Origin: an uncultured Planctomycetaceae bacterium
GTDB lineage: Bacteria > Planctomycetota > Phycisphaerae > SM23-33
Direction: 5' to 3'
Length of the DNA: 64,000 bases
Assembly (NCBI GenBank): GCA_964536835.1
Contig: CAZIAZ010000004.1
Location: 18,861-82,860 of the forward strand
Within the stretch, counting starts at the first letter, position 1. Each line of letters begins with the position of its first letter. Below the pieces are notes generated by a model, which saw only the letters and a list, made by a program, of their open reading frames with translations, did no database searches and had not been told where the DNA came from. Shown piece after piece: positions 1-8,989 of the stretch. The position numbers and the translations under genes were made by a program.

Positions 1-981
1 GCCCGCTTTCACTTCGCCGTTAGCCGGAATTATTTTATAGCTGTCAGCGGCGTTGTCGCCAGCCGTGCCAATCCACCGCGTCAAACCGTAATGCAAACGG
101 CCGACGCCGACCTCGACCTCGCGGTCTATTTTCCCGCCGCCGAGAACTATATTGATAATGCCGTTACGCGCCAGGGCATCGTTGAGTTTTTCTATCGTCT
201 CAGCCTTCGTGCCGAAATAAACGATATCGTCATATGCCTCACTGGCCAACTCGCCACAGCAGCACAACGGATTGACACTCAAGCCTTCGACGGCTGATAC
301 GCCGATTGCATCTATCATAGCCGGCTTGCCAGCAGTCATCGCTTCGGCAAGGCCTTTGACCTTCCTGCCGGCATCGACGACAACGAGCATCCTGCCGCCG
401 GCTTTGGGGGTCTGGCGTTCCACGTTTACATATGAGCATTCCACACAGGCCCACGGCTCGACAAGAGCGGCTGCGGCGGCATTGCATTCGCTGTCGACAG
501 GAATCAGGTATTTATCGCCCGTGCCTGGCTCGATGACTATGCGTTCGTCGAACAATATATATTCCTGAAGAGCACCTTCGAAGTTGTACCCGAACGCTCC
601 ATTCGAAGCAGCCGTCAAAATCTTCCGCCAGTCGGACTGCACGATGCAGCGGTCGCCGACCTTGTGTTTCTTGACTTTGCTGCCGATTTCAATTATTCGG
701 CATACACACTCATGGCCTGGAACTGTCGGCTTGTCGCCAGGCTGATACGCCGGATATTCATCGAGAATAGCCCCGTCAATGCCGCTCACGATTTCACCCT
801 TGCGGGCATGTTCGGAAAACTGGTGCAGCAGTTTCAGGTCGGAAAAACACAGACCCATTGCTTCGACCTTCGCCAGTATCTGGTGGTCGGTGGGCTTGTA
901 AACGGGCTTTTCACGATTAAGTCTGAGTTGGTCCGGCCCGACGAGCTGGACGGCACATTGCGTTGCAGGAATTTTTGACAT
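1..981 (-). CDS. Zn-dependent alcohol/polyol dehydrogenase (MDR superfamily); 3' end runs off the window
   Basis: Absent from the ORF track because there is no stop in the window. The reverse strand from ATG 979-981 (GGAG 6 nt upstream) reads MSKIPATQCAVQLVGPDQLRL...TVPGHECVCRIIEIGSKVKKHKVGDRC... The GHE zinc-ligand motif is present and the frame is open to position 1. Confidence 0.75.
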   Translation of the reverse strand, partial: MSKIPATQCAVQLVGPDQLRLNREKPVYKPTDHQILAKVEAMGLCFSDLKLLHQFSEHARKGEIVSGIDGAILDEYPAYQPGDKPTVPGHECVCRIIEIGSKVKKHKVGDRCIVQSDWRKILTAASNGAFGYNFEGALQEYILFDERIVIEPGTGDKYLIPVDSECNAAAAALVEPWACVECSYVNVERQTPKAGGRMLVVVDAGRKVKGLAEAMTAGKPAMIDAIGVSAVEGLSVNPLCCCGELASEAYDDIVYFGTKAETIEKLNDALARNGIINIVLGGGKIDREVEVGVGRLHYGLTRWIGTAGDNAADSYKIIPANGEVKAG

Positions 982-1129
982 TGTTTGCTCCATGATTGAT
1001 ACAGTTTTTATCCACACTCTTTTAAACCGTTTTCAGACCTCTTATTTGTCATATTCATCAAGGCCGTTCTTTTAAAAAAATGCGGTCTCGCCATGAAAGA
1101 GGCGTTATAAAACGGTTTTCAGTATTTTA

Positions 1130-3187
1130 TTATTTCAGCATTACCTGGCCGCCGGTAACCGGTACAGCCTGGCCGGTTTCATATTTCTGGTCTATAAGGT
1201 AGAACACCGCGTGCATTACGTCCGCAGTGCGGCAGCCGCGATGCATCGGCACTTTGGATTCGTAAAAGTTTTTTACGTCGGCGACGCTTTTTGCGCCAGG
1301 AACTTTGCCGTTTTTGAGATATTGCACAAAGAGGCCTTTTTCCGGATCGCTCCACAGCGGGCCGTCCAAAAAGTTTCCAGGGCAGATACTGTTGACCTTT
1401 ATGCCGTCCCCGACAAGTTCCAGCGCGAACGACTGCGTCAGGCCTATGCCGCCGAATTTACTGCCGGCATAAGCTCCGTTGCGATTGCTGCCTTCCAGGC
1501 CGGACTTGGAATTTATCTGAATGATATCGCCGCGCCATTTGTCGCACGTCCTGTACTGCCATGCCATTATCGGTGCGACATTCTGCACGCACAGAAAATA
1601 GCCGCTGTAGTTCACCTTCGTAACGAATTCAAAATCAGCCAGCGGCTGATTCTTGACGCTGCCGGCACGCACTACGCCGGCGTTCGAGACAAATACGTCT
1701 ATTCCGCCGTATGTCCGAACGATGAGTTCCATCGCCGCCGCCAGTGATGTCGCATCCGTAACGTTCATGGCCATACCAAGCGAGCGGCCAGGCTTCGTCG
1801 CGGCTACGATTTCATCCGCGGCAGCCTGTGAACCTGCGGCATTGATATCGCCCAGAATAACGCTTGCGCCCTGTATGGCAAGATTTTTGGCAATTTCAAG
1901 GCCAAAACCCTGTGCCGCACCTGTAACGACCGCAATTTTGGAATCGACTCTGCCGGCGGCTGAACTGCCGGCGGAAATCTTGCGCCGATAATTCTCGACT
2001 TCCCAGTTTTCGAGAAACTCGCGGTCACGTTTCGAGAGGTGGCTTATTGCGCCGAACCGTTTCGCGCCAGCCATCACCTTTACGGCATCAAGATAGACAT
2101 CACGGACGGTCTTCGCCGCGGCAAGATCGCTGCCGACGAAAAATATGCCGACGTTCTGAAGCACTACAACCTTCGGCAGGAATAAAAATTCCTTTTTATA
2201 TTCGCACATCGCCACGGTCAGCCTGTCGATTACTTCGGTGCACGATTCTTCATCATTCGACGCGAACCACAGCGGAAGCGACTTACAATACACTATCTGA
2301 TCCGGCGTAAGAGGGCCAGCCGCCGCAACGGCTGAACCGTTGTCCGCCGCCGCAATGCTCATCGCGATTTCGCCGTCGTCAAAAGTCACAACCGGCAGAT
2401 TGACGTTTTCTCCGTTCATTTCGCCGAGCAGTCCGCGAAGAGCAGGAGCAACGCACATCAGCAATTCCCTGCAACGCTCAGCCGGCAGCTTTTCAACTTT
2501 TCCAAAAATATCACAGCCACACGTAGCTGAAAGTTTTTTATCTATTTTCGCAAGAATCGCGTCGGTTTTTTCCCGTATTTCTTCCGGCGTATCGCCGCCG
2601 ATTATCATGCCGTGATTCTGCATGAAAATTACCATCGGCGATTTACGATTCGTCGTTTTCTGCCATGCAGTCAGTTCGTCGCGTAATTTGCGGGCTAACG
2701 TCAGGCCCGGGTCTATGTACGGAATCCAGAGAGCATCGTCGCCGAAAAGTTCTTCTATTATCGTTTTGCCCTGAAGGCAGCATGTGAGCATGTTGACGGC
2801 GGTGGCGTGCGAGTGAACCACATATCTGCCAGGCACTAGCGAATGAAGCACGCACTCCACGCTGGGCCGCTGGTTAAGTTCAGGTTTCAGACGGGCAGCC
2901 AGCGACGCAGTCTTGAACATGGCTTCGCGTGCGTTGACATCCGCCGGCACAGGCGCGTCGAGAAGGGCTAACAGCTTTGTAATGTCCATCTCCACGAACC
3001 CCTCAACCGGTATCGTCGCCAGTGAATGGCCTGAACCTTTCACATACAACTTTCCGTCTATCTTGCCCGACGTATTGCCGCCGCCGGCAAGCACTATCGC
3101 AGGGTCACTTCCGTAAAAGTGCGACAGTTTCACGAGTGCGCCTATTGCCGTTTCGCCTTTGAAATCAGGCCATTCAATCTTTGCCAT
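1130..3187 (-). CDS. Bifunctional class II aldolase/adducin-domain + short-chain dehydrogenase (RhaEW-type rhamnulose-1-P aldolase/lactaldehyde dehydrogenase-like)
   Basis: The N-terminal half is aldolase-like (VVHSHATAVN). The C-terminal half is a classical SDR (VVTGAAQGFG, YAGSK). Start trimmed to ATG 3187 (MAKIEWPDF), which has GAGGAG 10 nt upstream. Confidence 0.85.
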   Translation of the reverse strand: MAKIEWPDFKGETAIGALVKLSHFYGSDPAIVLAGGGNTSGKIDGKLYVKGSGHSLATIPVEGFVEMDITKLLALLDAPVPADVNAREAMFKTASLAARLKPELNQRPSVECVLHSLVPGRYVVHSHATAVNMLTCCLQGKTIIEELFGDDALWIPYIDPGLTLARKLRDELTAWQKTTNRKSPMVIFMQNHGMIIGGDTPEEIREKTDAILAKIDKKLSATCGCDIFGKVEKLPAERCRELLMCVAPALRGLLGEMNGENVNLPVVTFDDGEIAMSIAAADNGSAVAAAGPLTPDQIVYCKSLPLWFASNDEESCTEVIDRLTVAMCEYKKEFLFLPKVVVLQNVGIFFVGSDLAAAKTVRDVYLDAVKVMAGAKRFGAISHLSKRDREFLENWEVENYRRKISAGSSAAGRVDSKIAVVTGAAQGFGLEIAKNLAIQGASVILGDINAAGSQAAADEIVAATKPGRSLGMAMNVTDATSLAAAMELIVRTYGGIDVFVSNAGVVRAGSVKNQPLADFEFVTKVNYSGYFLCVQNVAPIMAWQYRTCDKWRGDIIQINSKSGLEGSNRNGAYAGSKFGGIGLTQSFALELVGDGIKVNSICPGNFLDGPLWSDPEKGLFVQYLKNGKVPGAKSVADVKNFYESKVPMHRGCRTADVMHAVFYLIDQKYETGQAVPVTGGQVMLK

Positions 3188-3228
3188 ATATTTTAATCTC
3201 CTCGTCGCCGCAATCATCGCGGACGGCT

Positions 3229-3360
3229 GATATTACTAACAGTACTTTTTGAGATATTTTGCAGTTATCTCTGATATTGCTAACAGTATTTTTTAAAATA
3301 TTTTGTAATCAGCGATGATATTACTAACAGTACTTTTTAAAATATTTTGCAATCAGCGCG
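3229..3360. repeat. Three head-to-tail copies of a 44-bp unit; copy 3 is the 3' end of the 3324..4577 gene
   Basis: Units are 3229-3272, 3273-3316 and 3317-3360, for example gatattactaacagtactttttaaaatattttgcaatcagcgcg. Copies differ at a few positions. Confidence 0.9.
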
Positions 3361-4577
3361 GCACCTGCATCGGCAAACACTTTTATGTCTGCGTTGCGGT
3401 TACCCTGCGAATTAACAAATCCCGCCAGGCCGTTAAGCCTCTGATACTGATGTGCCGCAGCTACGCACATGCCTTCAAAGAAAATTTCCCTGACGTCGTC
3501 CTCGACTTCCACGCCGCCGACACACTGCGGCTCAAGCGGCAGCAGGTCGAGCGTGTTATGCTCCGTTCCGCCGACTACAGCGATATCGGCTTTCCGCATG
3601 GCGCGGACGTATCTGCCGAGCATGTCGGTCTTGTTGCGAATCGGAATCAGTTCCGCCATGTGGATATTGTTTTCCTTGAGGTGGGCAACAAGTTCTTCTG
3701 GCGTACGTTCATAATCACAGAGCGTTTTTGCCCCGTCGATGAGCGTTGGGTAGCACGGAATGCCGCCGAGTTCGAGGATGAGTTCATATGCTTCTTCAAA
3801 TTTGAGGAATGTTTCGGTAACGAAGGCGGGTTTGCCGGCTTTCATCAGATATGAGCGGATGTCGCCCTGTACGGCGACGTCGTTATCGGTTTTGCCGGCA
3901 TACTGGCAGTTAAAAATTTTTGACAGCGCGGCAGCGCGGCCGGCAGGTTTAACCACGTCAAAAAATTTCTGCTGGAACGCCATCGCAACGTGTCGTTCCT
4001 GGAGCGTCACCGATTCCTTCGGGCACTTGTGACGTTTTACGACCATGTCGATTACATCGGCATCGCTGATGTTCACGGCTACGCCGGCAGCGGTGAAAAT
4101 GGCATTAACTTTCGCCGTCATTTCAGCCATGCGTTTTTCGTCACGGCTGCGGATTGTGCCCAGCAGTTCAGCCGCCCGCAACGACGGCGACGCAAAACCC
4201 GTAATGCCTTTGCCGCAGATGTACATGCGGCCAGGATTGCCAGGATCATTTATACGCAAGCCGTCCTTGACGTATTTGTCGACAAGCGAAATTATCTCAA
4301 GCCCGAAAACCGGAAAAATATTCTTCCGGCCGGCGAGTTCCGCAAAAGTATCATAAACGCGATAATCATAATAATTGCTGACGCCAAGAACGCGAACGTC
4401 CTGTTCGTCGGCAAGCGTGACAGCCTGCTCGACAGTTTCAAACGCGGAGAAATTCGGCGGCAGATGAATGTGCGAATTCGTCTTTAGCCGGCGTTCCGGT
4501 TTAAGGCCTGCCGCGACGGCTTGACGCATCTGGTCAACCGTGGCAATGTTTTTGACGAGGTCGAGTGCTTTGCTCAT
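3324..4577 (-). CDS. PHP/amidohydrolase-like metal-dependent hydrolase-fold protein, function unknown
   Basis: N-terminal HxH motif (TNSHIHLPPNFSAF) and C-terminal GGTEHN motif resemble PHP-type phosphoesterases. Start trimmed to MSKALDLVKN (ATG 4577, GAGGAA upstream). The family assignment is from memory only. Confidence 0.5.
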   Translation of the reverse strand: MSKALDLVKNIATVDQMRQAVAAGLKPERRLKTNSHIHLPPNFSAFETVEQAVTLADEQDVRVLGVSNYYDYRVYDTFAELAGRKNIFPVFGLEIISLVDKYVKDGLRINDPGNPGRMYICGKGITGFASPSLRAAELLGTIRSRDEKRMAEMTAKVNAIFTAAGVAVNISDADVIDMVVKRHKCPKESVTLQERHVAMAFQQKFFDVVKPAGRAAALSKIFNCQYAGKTDNDVAVQGDIRSYLMKAGKPAFVTETFLKFEEAYELILELGGIPCYPTLIDGAKTLCDYERTPEELVAHLKENNIHMAELIPIRNKTDMLGRYVRAMRKADIAVVGGTEHNTLDLLPLEPQCVGGVEVEDDVREIFFEGMCVAAAHQYQRLNGLAGFVNSQGNRNADIKVFADAGAALIAKYFKKYC

Positions 4578-4615
4578 AAAATTCCTCAAGAAACGTGAGA
4601 GTGATTTTACACATT

Positions 4616-6028
4616 TCACACATTCAATTTGATTATTTTCCTCGGCGGCATATGCAGTGCCTGGCCGAGAGCGTCTTCGGCGGATTCCATAACCGCTTCG
4701 CTTATGGTCGGGTGTGCAAACACCGTCTCAGCCAGTTGCATAACGGTAGCTTTCATGCCGAGCATCGCACCGCCGACGGCTATGATTTCCGTGGCATTGT
4801 GGCCGAGGATGTGCATGCCAAGCAACTCGTCCGTTTCGCGGTTGCGGATGATTTTGACAAAACCCTCTGTTTCATTTACAGCCATCGCCTTGCCGAGGAA
4901 GCCTATCGGGAACTTGCCTATCGATATCGGCAGGCCTTTTTCGCGAGCCTGCGACTCTGTCAGCCCTACGCCGCCGATTTCCGGATACGTGTAAACCGCG
5001 CCTGGAATCGGCGAATGGAACTCGCGTCTGTGGCCGAGCGCGTTTTCGACCGCGCATATGCCCTGGGCACTGGCTGCGTGCGCCAACAGACAACGGCCAT
5101 TGGCGTCGCCGATACAGTAAATGCCTTTGACCGCAGTCTGCATGGTATCGTCGACCTGGATAAATCCTTTGGGTGAAAGTTCCATGCCTACGCTGTCAAG
5201 GCCGATATTCTTGGTATTGGGCCGACGGCCTACTGCCACAAGGACTTTGTCAACTTCAAGCGACTGATTGCCTTTTGCATTGGATATGGCTGCCCTGACG
5301 CCTTTGCCGGCGGCTTCCACTGATTCCACTTTCGTAGCTGTGAAAATCTTTATGCCGCGTTTCGCGAGAGCTTTTTCGAGCTCCGCGCCAAGGTCTTCGT
5401 CCATGCCCGGCAGCAGGCTCGGCAGCATTTCAACAACACTCACGTCGACGCCGTAACTCTGCATCATGCACGCAAACTCGCAGCCGATGACACCGCCGCC
5501 AACGATTAGCAGTTTCTTGGGCAGTTCGCTCCAGTGCAAGGCCTCGTCGGACGTGCAGACAAGGTTCGGATCCTGCGGCCAGACCGGAATGCGAACCGGA
5601 ATCGAGCCGACCGCCAGGATTATATTATCGGCAGTAATGGTTTCCTTGCCTTCGATTTCAACCTTGCCATGGCCGGCGAGTCTGCCCATACCTTCGAACA
5701 GTTCGACCTTGCGAGCCTTGAAAAGACCGGCAATGCCATTGCGAAGATTTTTGAGTACCCTGTCCTTACGAGCCTGGATAGCCTTCCAGTCAAACGACGC
5801 CCCGTTGACCTTTACGCCAAATTCAGCGGCACGTTCGATTTTATGCAGCAACTCAGCCGACGCAAGCAGCGCTTTGGACGGAATGCAGCCGTAATTCAGA
5901 CACGTCCCGCCGAGAAAATGCTTTTCGACGATTGCTGTTTTTGCACCCATCGATGCGGCTTTTAACGCGGCAACGTATCCGCCAGGGCCGGCACCGATAA
6001 CGACAACATTGAAATGCTTTGACATCAT
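4616..6028 (-). CDS. lpdA: Dihydrolipoyl dehydrogenase (E3)
   Basis: FAD motif VIGAGPGGY, redox-active disulfide GGTCLNYGCIPSK, full-length 470 aa. Confidence 0.95.
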   Translation of the reverse strand: MMSKHFNVVVIGAGPGGYVAALKAASMGAKTAIVEKHFLGGTCLNYGCIPSKALLASAELLHKIERAAEFGVKVNGASFDWKAIQARKDRVLKNLRNGIAGLFKARKVELFEGMGRLAGHGKVEIEGKETITADNIILAVGSIPVRIPVWPQDPNLVCTSDEALHWSELPKKLLIVGGGVIGCEFACMMQSYGVDVSVVEMLPSLLPGMDEDLGAELEKALAKRGIKIFTATKVESVEAAGKGVRAAISNAKGNQSLEVDKVLVAVGRRPNTKNIGLDSVGMELSPKGFIQVDDTMQTAVKGIYCIGDANGRCLLAHAASAQGICAVENALGHRREFHSPIPGAVYTYPEIGGVGLTESQAREKGLPISIGKFPIGFLGKAMAVNETEGFVKIIRNRETDELLGMHILGHNATEIIAVGGAMLGMKATVMQLAETVFAHPTISEAVMESAEDALGQALHMPPRKIIKLNV

Positions 6029-6090
6029 TATTCCTCAAATAAATTCGAAATACGAATCCCGAAATTCGAAACAAATTCGGATTTCAGATT

Positions 6091-8013
6091 TTACAACATC
6101 ACCTGCGGGTTTTCGAGCAGTTCTTTCAGGCGGCCGGCGAACTGGGCCACAAGCATGCCGTCGACAATTCTGTGGTCGCAGCTTATCGTCGCGGTCATGA
6201 TTTTGCCGATTCGCATTGCGCCGTTTTCGACGATAACGCCTTCGCGTGCCGCGCCGACTGCCAAAATGCCGCTTTCCGGCGGATTGATAATCGCGCCGAA
6301 TTCCTCAACGCCGAACATGCCCATGTTCGAAATGGTGAACGAGCCCTTGCCCATATTGACGACCTTGCCGTTGCGAGCCTGCGTCGCCAGATCACGGCTG
6401 GCGGCGGCTATTTCAGCAAAGGTCATGCGGTCTGCATCCTTGAGCACCGGCACAACCAGGCCGCCTTCCAGGCCGACCGCTATGCCTATGCAGGCTGTCG
6501 GATACTCGACCACGTTATCGCCCTCAAGCCGCGACCGCAATGCCGGAAATTCATGCATCGCCCTGCCGACAGCCATCAACACAACGTCGTTCACACTGCA
6601 CTTGAACATCGCCTTCTGCGATTTGTAGAACGAAAGCATCGGGCCGGCATCGACGGTAAAACGCAGATAAAAGTGCGGAATGTTCTGCTTGGATTTCGTG
6701 AGATTCGTGGCGATAGCCTTTCGCATGCCTTTCATCGTCGTGATGGTGACTTCGCCGACGGGACCCGTAACGACAGGTGCGGCAGCCGGCAACGGCTTGC
6801 CGGTTACAGTCGCGGCGGCAACCGGTGCAGCCGGAACGTCGGTCGAAATGATTCGGCCATGCGGGCCTGAGCCGGCTGATATGGCAGCTAAGTTTACGCC
6901 TCGCTGGGCTGCAATTCTGCGAGCCGCAGGCGATGCCTTCACTCTGCCTGCGACAACCTGGGCAGCCATGCGCTGTACTGCCGGCGCCGCAGCAACAGAA
7001 GGTGTTGTCGGGACAACTGCCTGAGCCGGTGCAGCAGCGACAGTTTTTTCTGCAGATTCTGCCGGTTTTGCAACTGCAAGTTTTTCCGCCGCAGCCTGCG
7101 CAGCCAAGCCGGCGGCATATTTATCAGCATCGGCAACGTTATCGCAAACAAGCGCTACGACGGTTTTAATCGGCGCCGATTGGCCTTCCTGCAAAAGTAT
7201 TTTTGCGAGTTTGCCGTCGACTTCCGCCTCTATCTCAACGGAAGTCTTGTCCGTCTCTATTTCAAATATCGGCTGGCCTTTGGTGACCTTGTCGCCTTCC
7301 TTCACCAGCCACTTGACGATTGTACCCTCTTCCATATCATTGCTGCGTTGCGGCATCAGAATTGTCGTGACGTTTTCGGGCAGTTCAATGTTCACTGGTG
7401 CTGTGGAAGCTTCTTCAACTTGAGCGGCTGGGGCGGAATTCACCGCCAGCCATGCCGCCGCATCGTCATTCTTATCGCAAATGAGTGCAACCGGTGCGGT
7501 TATCGGGGCTGACGCGCCTTCGCCGATGATTATTTTTGCAATTCTGCCGTCGACTTCCGCCTCTATTTCAACGGAAGTCTTGTCGGTTTCGATTTCAAAT
7601 ATCGGCTGGCCTTTGGTGACCTTGTCGCCTTCCTTAACCAACCACTTGACGATAGTGCCCTCTTCCATGTCGTTGCTGCGTTTGGGCATTATTATGACTG
7701 TAACCGCCTCAGGATTGCCCTTGAGCGGCGCGGCAGGTTTTACCGCCGGAGCAGACGACTTGGCCGCCGGTGCGGATTTGCCTGCTGAATCAGTCTGGGC
7801 TATCGATTCGCCTGTTGCGACGGTCTTCTTTTCGCCGGCGAGTATCTTCGCCAGCCGGCCAGCCGACGATGCCGTCACTTCGCCAAGCGAATCTTCAAAT
7901 TCAACCACGGCGAGCACGTCGCCGGCATTAAAGGACGCACCTTCGGCAATTAGCCACTTTTTTATCGTTCCAGAGGAGTTCTTGCCCGCTTTGGGCATGG
8001 TGATGGTCTGCAT
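6091..8013 (-). CDS. Dihydrolipoamide acyltransferase (E2) with three lipoyl-type domains
   Basis: Two canonical lipoyl domains (..IETDKTSVEIEAEV.. twice), a peripheral subunit-binding domain (ASPAARRIAAQRGVNL) and a catalytic domain with the DHRIVDG motif. Confidence 0.92.
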   Translation of the reverse strand: MQTITMPKAGKNSSGTIKKWLIAEGASFNAGDVLAVVEFEDSLGEVTASSAGRLAKILAGEKKTVATGESIAQTDSAGKSAPAAKSSAPAVKPAAPLKGNPEAVTVIIMPKRSNDMEEGTIVKWLVKEGDKVTKGQPIFEIETDKTSVEIEAEVDGRIAKIIIGEGASAPITAPVALICDKNDDAAAWLAVNSAPAAQVEEASTAPVNIELPENVTTILMPQRSNDMEEGTIVKWLVKEGDKVTKGQPIFEIETDKTSVEIEAEVDGKLAKILLQEGQSAPIKTVVALVCDNVADADKYAAGLAAQAAAEKLAVAKPAESAEKTVAAAPAQAVVPTTPSVAAAPAVQRMAAQVVAGRVKASPAARRIAAQRGVNLAAISAGSGPHGRIISTDVPAAPVAAATVTGKPLPAAAPVVTGPVGEVTITTMKGMRKAIATNLTKSKQNIPHFYLRFTVDAGPMLSFYKSQKAMFKCSVNDVVLMAVGRAMHEFPALRSRLEGDNVVEYPTACIGIAVGLEGGLVVPVLKDADRMTFAEIAAASRDLATQARNGKVVNMGKGSFTISNMGMFGVEEFGAIINPPESGILAVGAAREGVIVENGAMRIGKIMTATISCDHRIVDGMLVAQFAGRLKELLENPQVML

Positions 8014-8188
8014 TTCAATACCTCATATGTTACAGTGTGTGAAAACTTTTTCGCAATAACCTGAGTCTAAATTATTCCAACTCGATGAAATAGTCAAGCA
8101 TGATATTGCAAAACTATGACAAAAAATTGAAATTTTTTTTCAGAATTTTGTTGATTTTTTGCGTGAATCGTAGTTTGATAGACTCGAT

Positions 8189-8989
8189 ATGAGTATGACC
8201 GGCCAACAGCGACGAGAACTAATTCTCTCGGAAGTGTATGAAAACGGGAGAGTTATGATAAAAACAATGGCTGACCGCCTTTGCGTGAGTGAGGCTACGG
8301 TCAGGCGTGACATGAAATCGTTGGCTACCGACGGCAAACTTGAGCTGATATTCGGCGGCGCAACTCTGCCGAATCGCAGTGATTTTTCGTTCCACTCCAA
8401 GGAGATGCGGAACGTTGAAGCCAAACGCACCGTCGGCCGGCTGGCGGCTGAGTTCGTACACGACGGCGAAGTGCTTTTTCTGGATTCCGGCACAACCTGT
8501 TTCCAGATGATTCCGTTTCTGCAGAACAAGCGGAATGTGACGATTATCGCCAATTCAGCCCGGCTGGCGCTGGAGTTCGAGAATACCAACGTCAGCGTGA
8601 TAATGCTGGGCGGGCAGTATCGGCCTGACAGGATGGACACCGTCGGCCCGATGGCTACGGCGGCGTTGGACCAGCTTCGCGGGTTCAAGGCGTTCCTGGG
8701 CGCAGACGGGCTGAGCATGGATTTCGGCATGACGGCTGGAGATATCGAAAGCGCGCATATATATCGCCTCGCGCTGCGGAACGCACGCCAGCGGATTCTG
8801 CTGGTGGACTACAGCAAGTTCCTCAGCCCGTCGCTTTTCAAAATCGAATCGTTTGAAGTTATAGACCGGGTCATAACCGACAGGCAGCCTCCGGAAGAGT
8901 GGATAGAGTATTTCACCCGCAAGGAGATAGACCTGGCGTGGCCCGATATGGAAGATAACAGTAACACGTTGGAGAATAACGATGCCTAA
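8189..8989 (+). CDS. DeoR/GlpR-family transcriptional regulator
   Basis: N-terminal wHTH ([38 protein letters not shown]) plus a sugar-phosphate-binding-type C-terminal domain. Divergent from E2 and overlaps the E1 start by 8 nt. Confidence 0.9.
   Translation: MSMTGQQRRELILSEVYENGRVMIKTMADRLCVSEATVRRDMKSLATDGKLELIFGGATLPNRSDFSFHSKEMRNVEAKRTVGRLAAEFVHDGEVLFLDSGTTCFQMIPFLQNKRNVTIIANSARLALEFENTNVSVIMLGGQYRPDRMDTVGPMATAALDQLRGFKAFLGADGLSMDFGMTAGDIESAHIYRLALRNARQRILLVDYSKFLSPSLFKIESFEVIDRVITDRQPPEEWIEYFTRKEIDLAWPDMEDNSNTLENNDA

Noticed and set aside
1024-1117. Long-range inverted repeat (aaaccgttttcagacctctt / aaagaggcgttataaaacggttt) between the aldolase/SDR stop and the ADH start
   Set aside because: It is AT-rich and interrupted. 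It may be an attenuator or terminator, but it cannot be separated from chance complementarity in an AT-rich spacer without transcript data.
3229-3360. CRISPR array
   Set aside because: The 44-bp units abut directly with no unique spacers. One unit is coding sequence, and there are no cas genes in the window.
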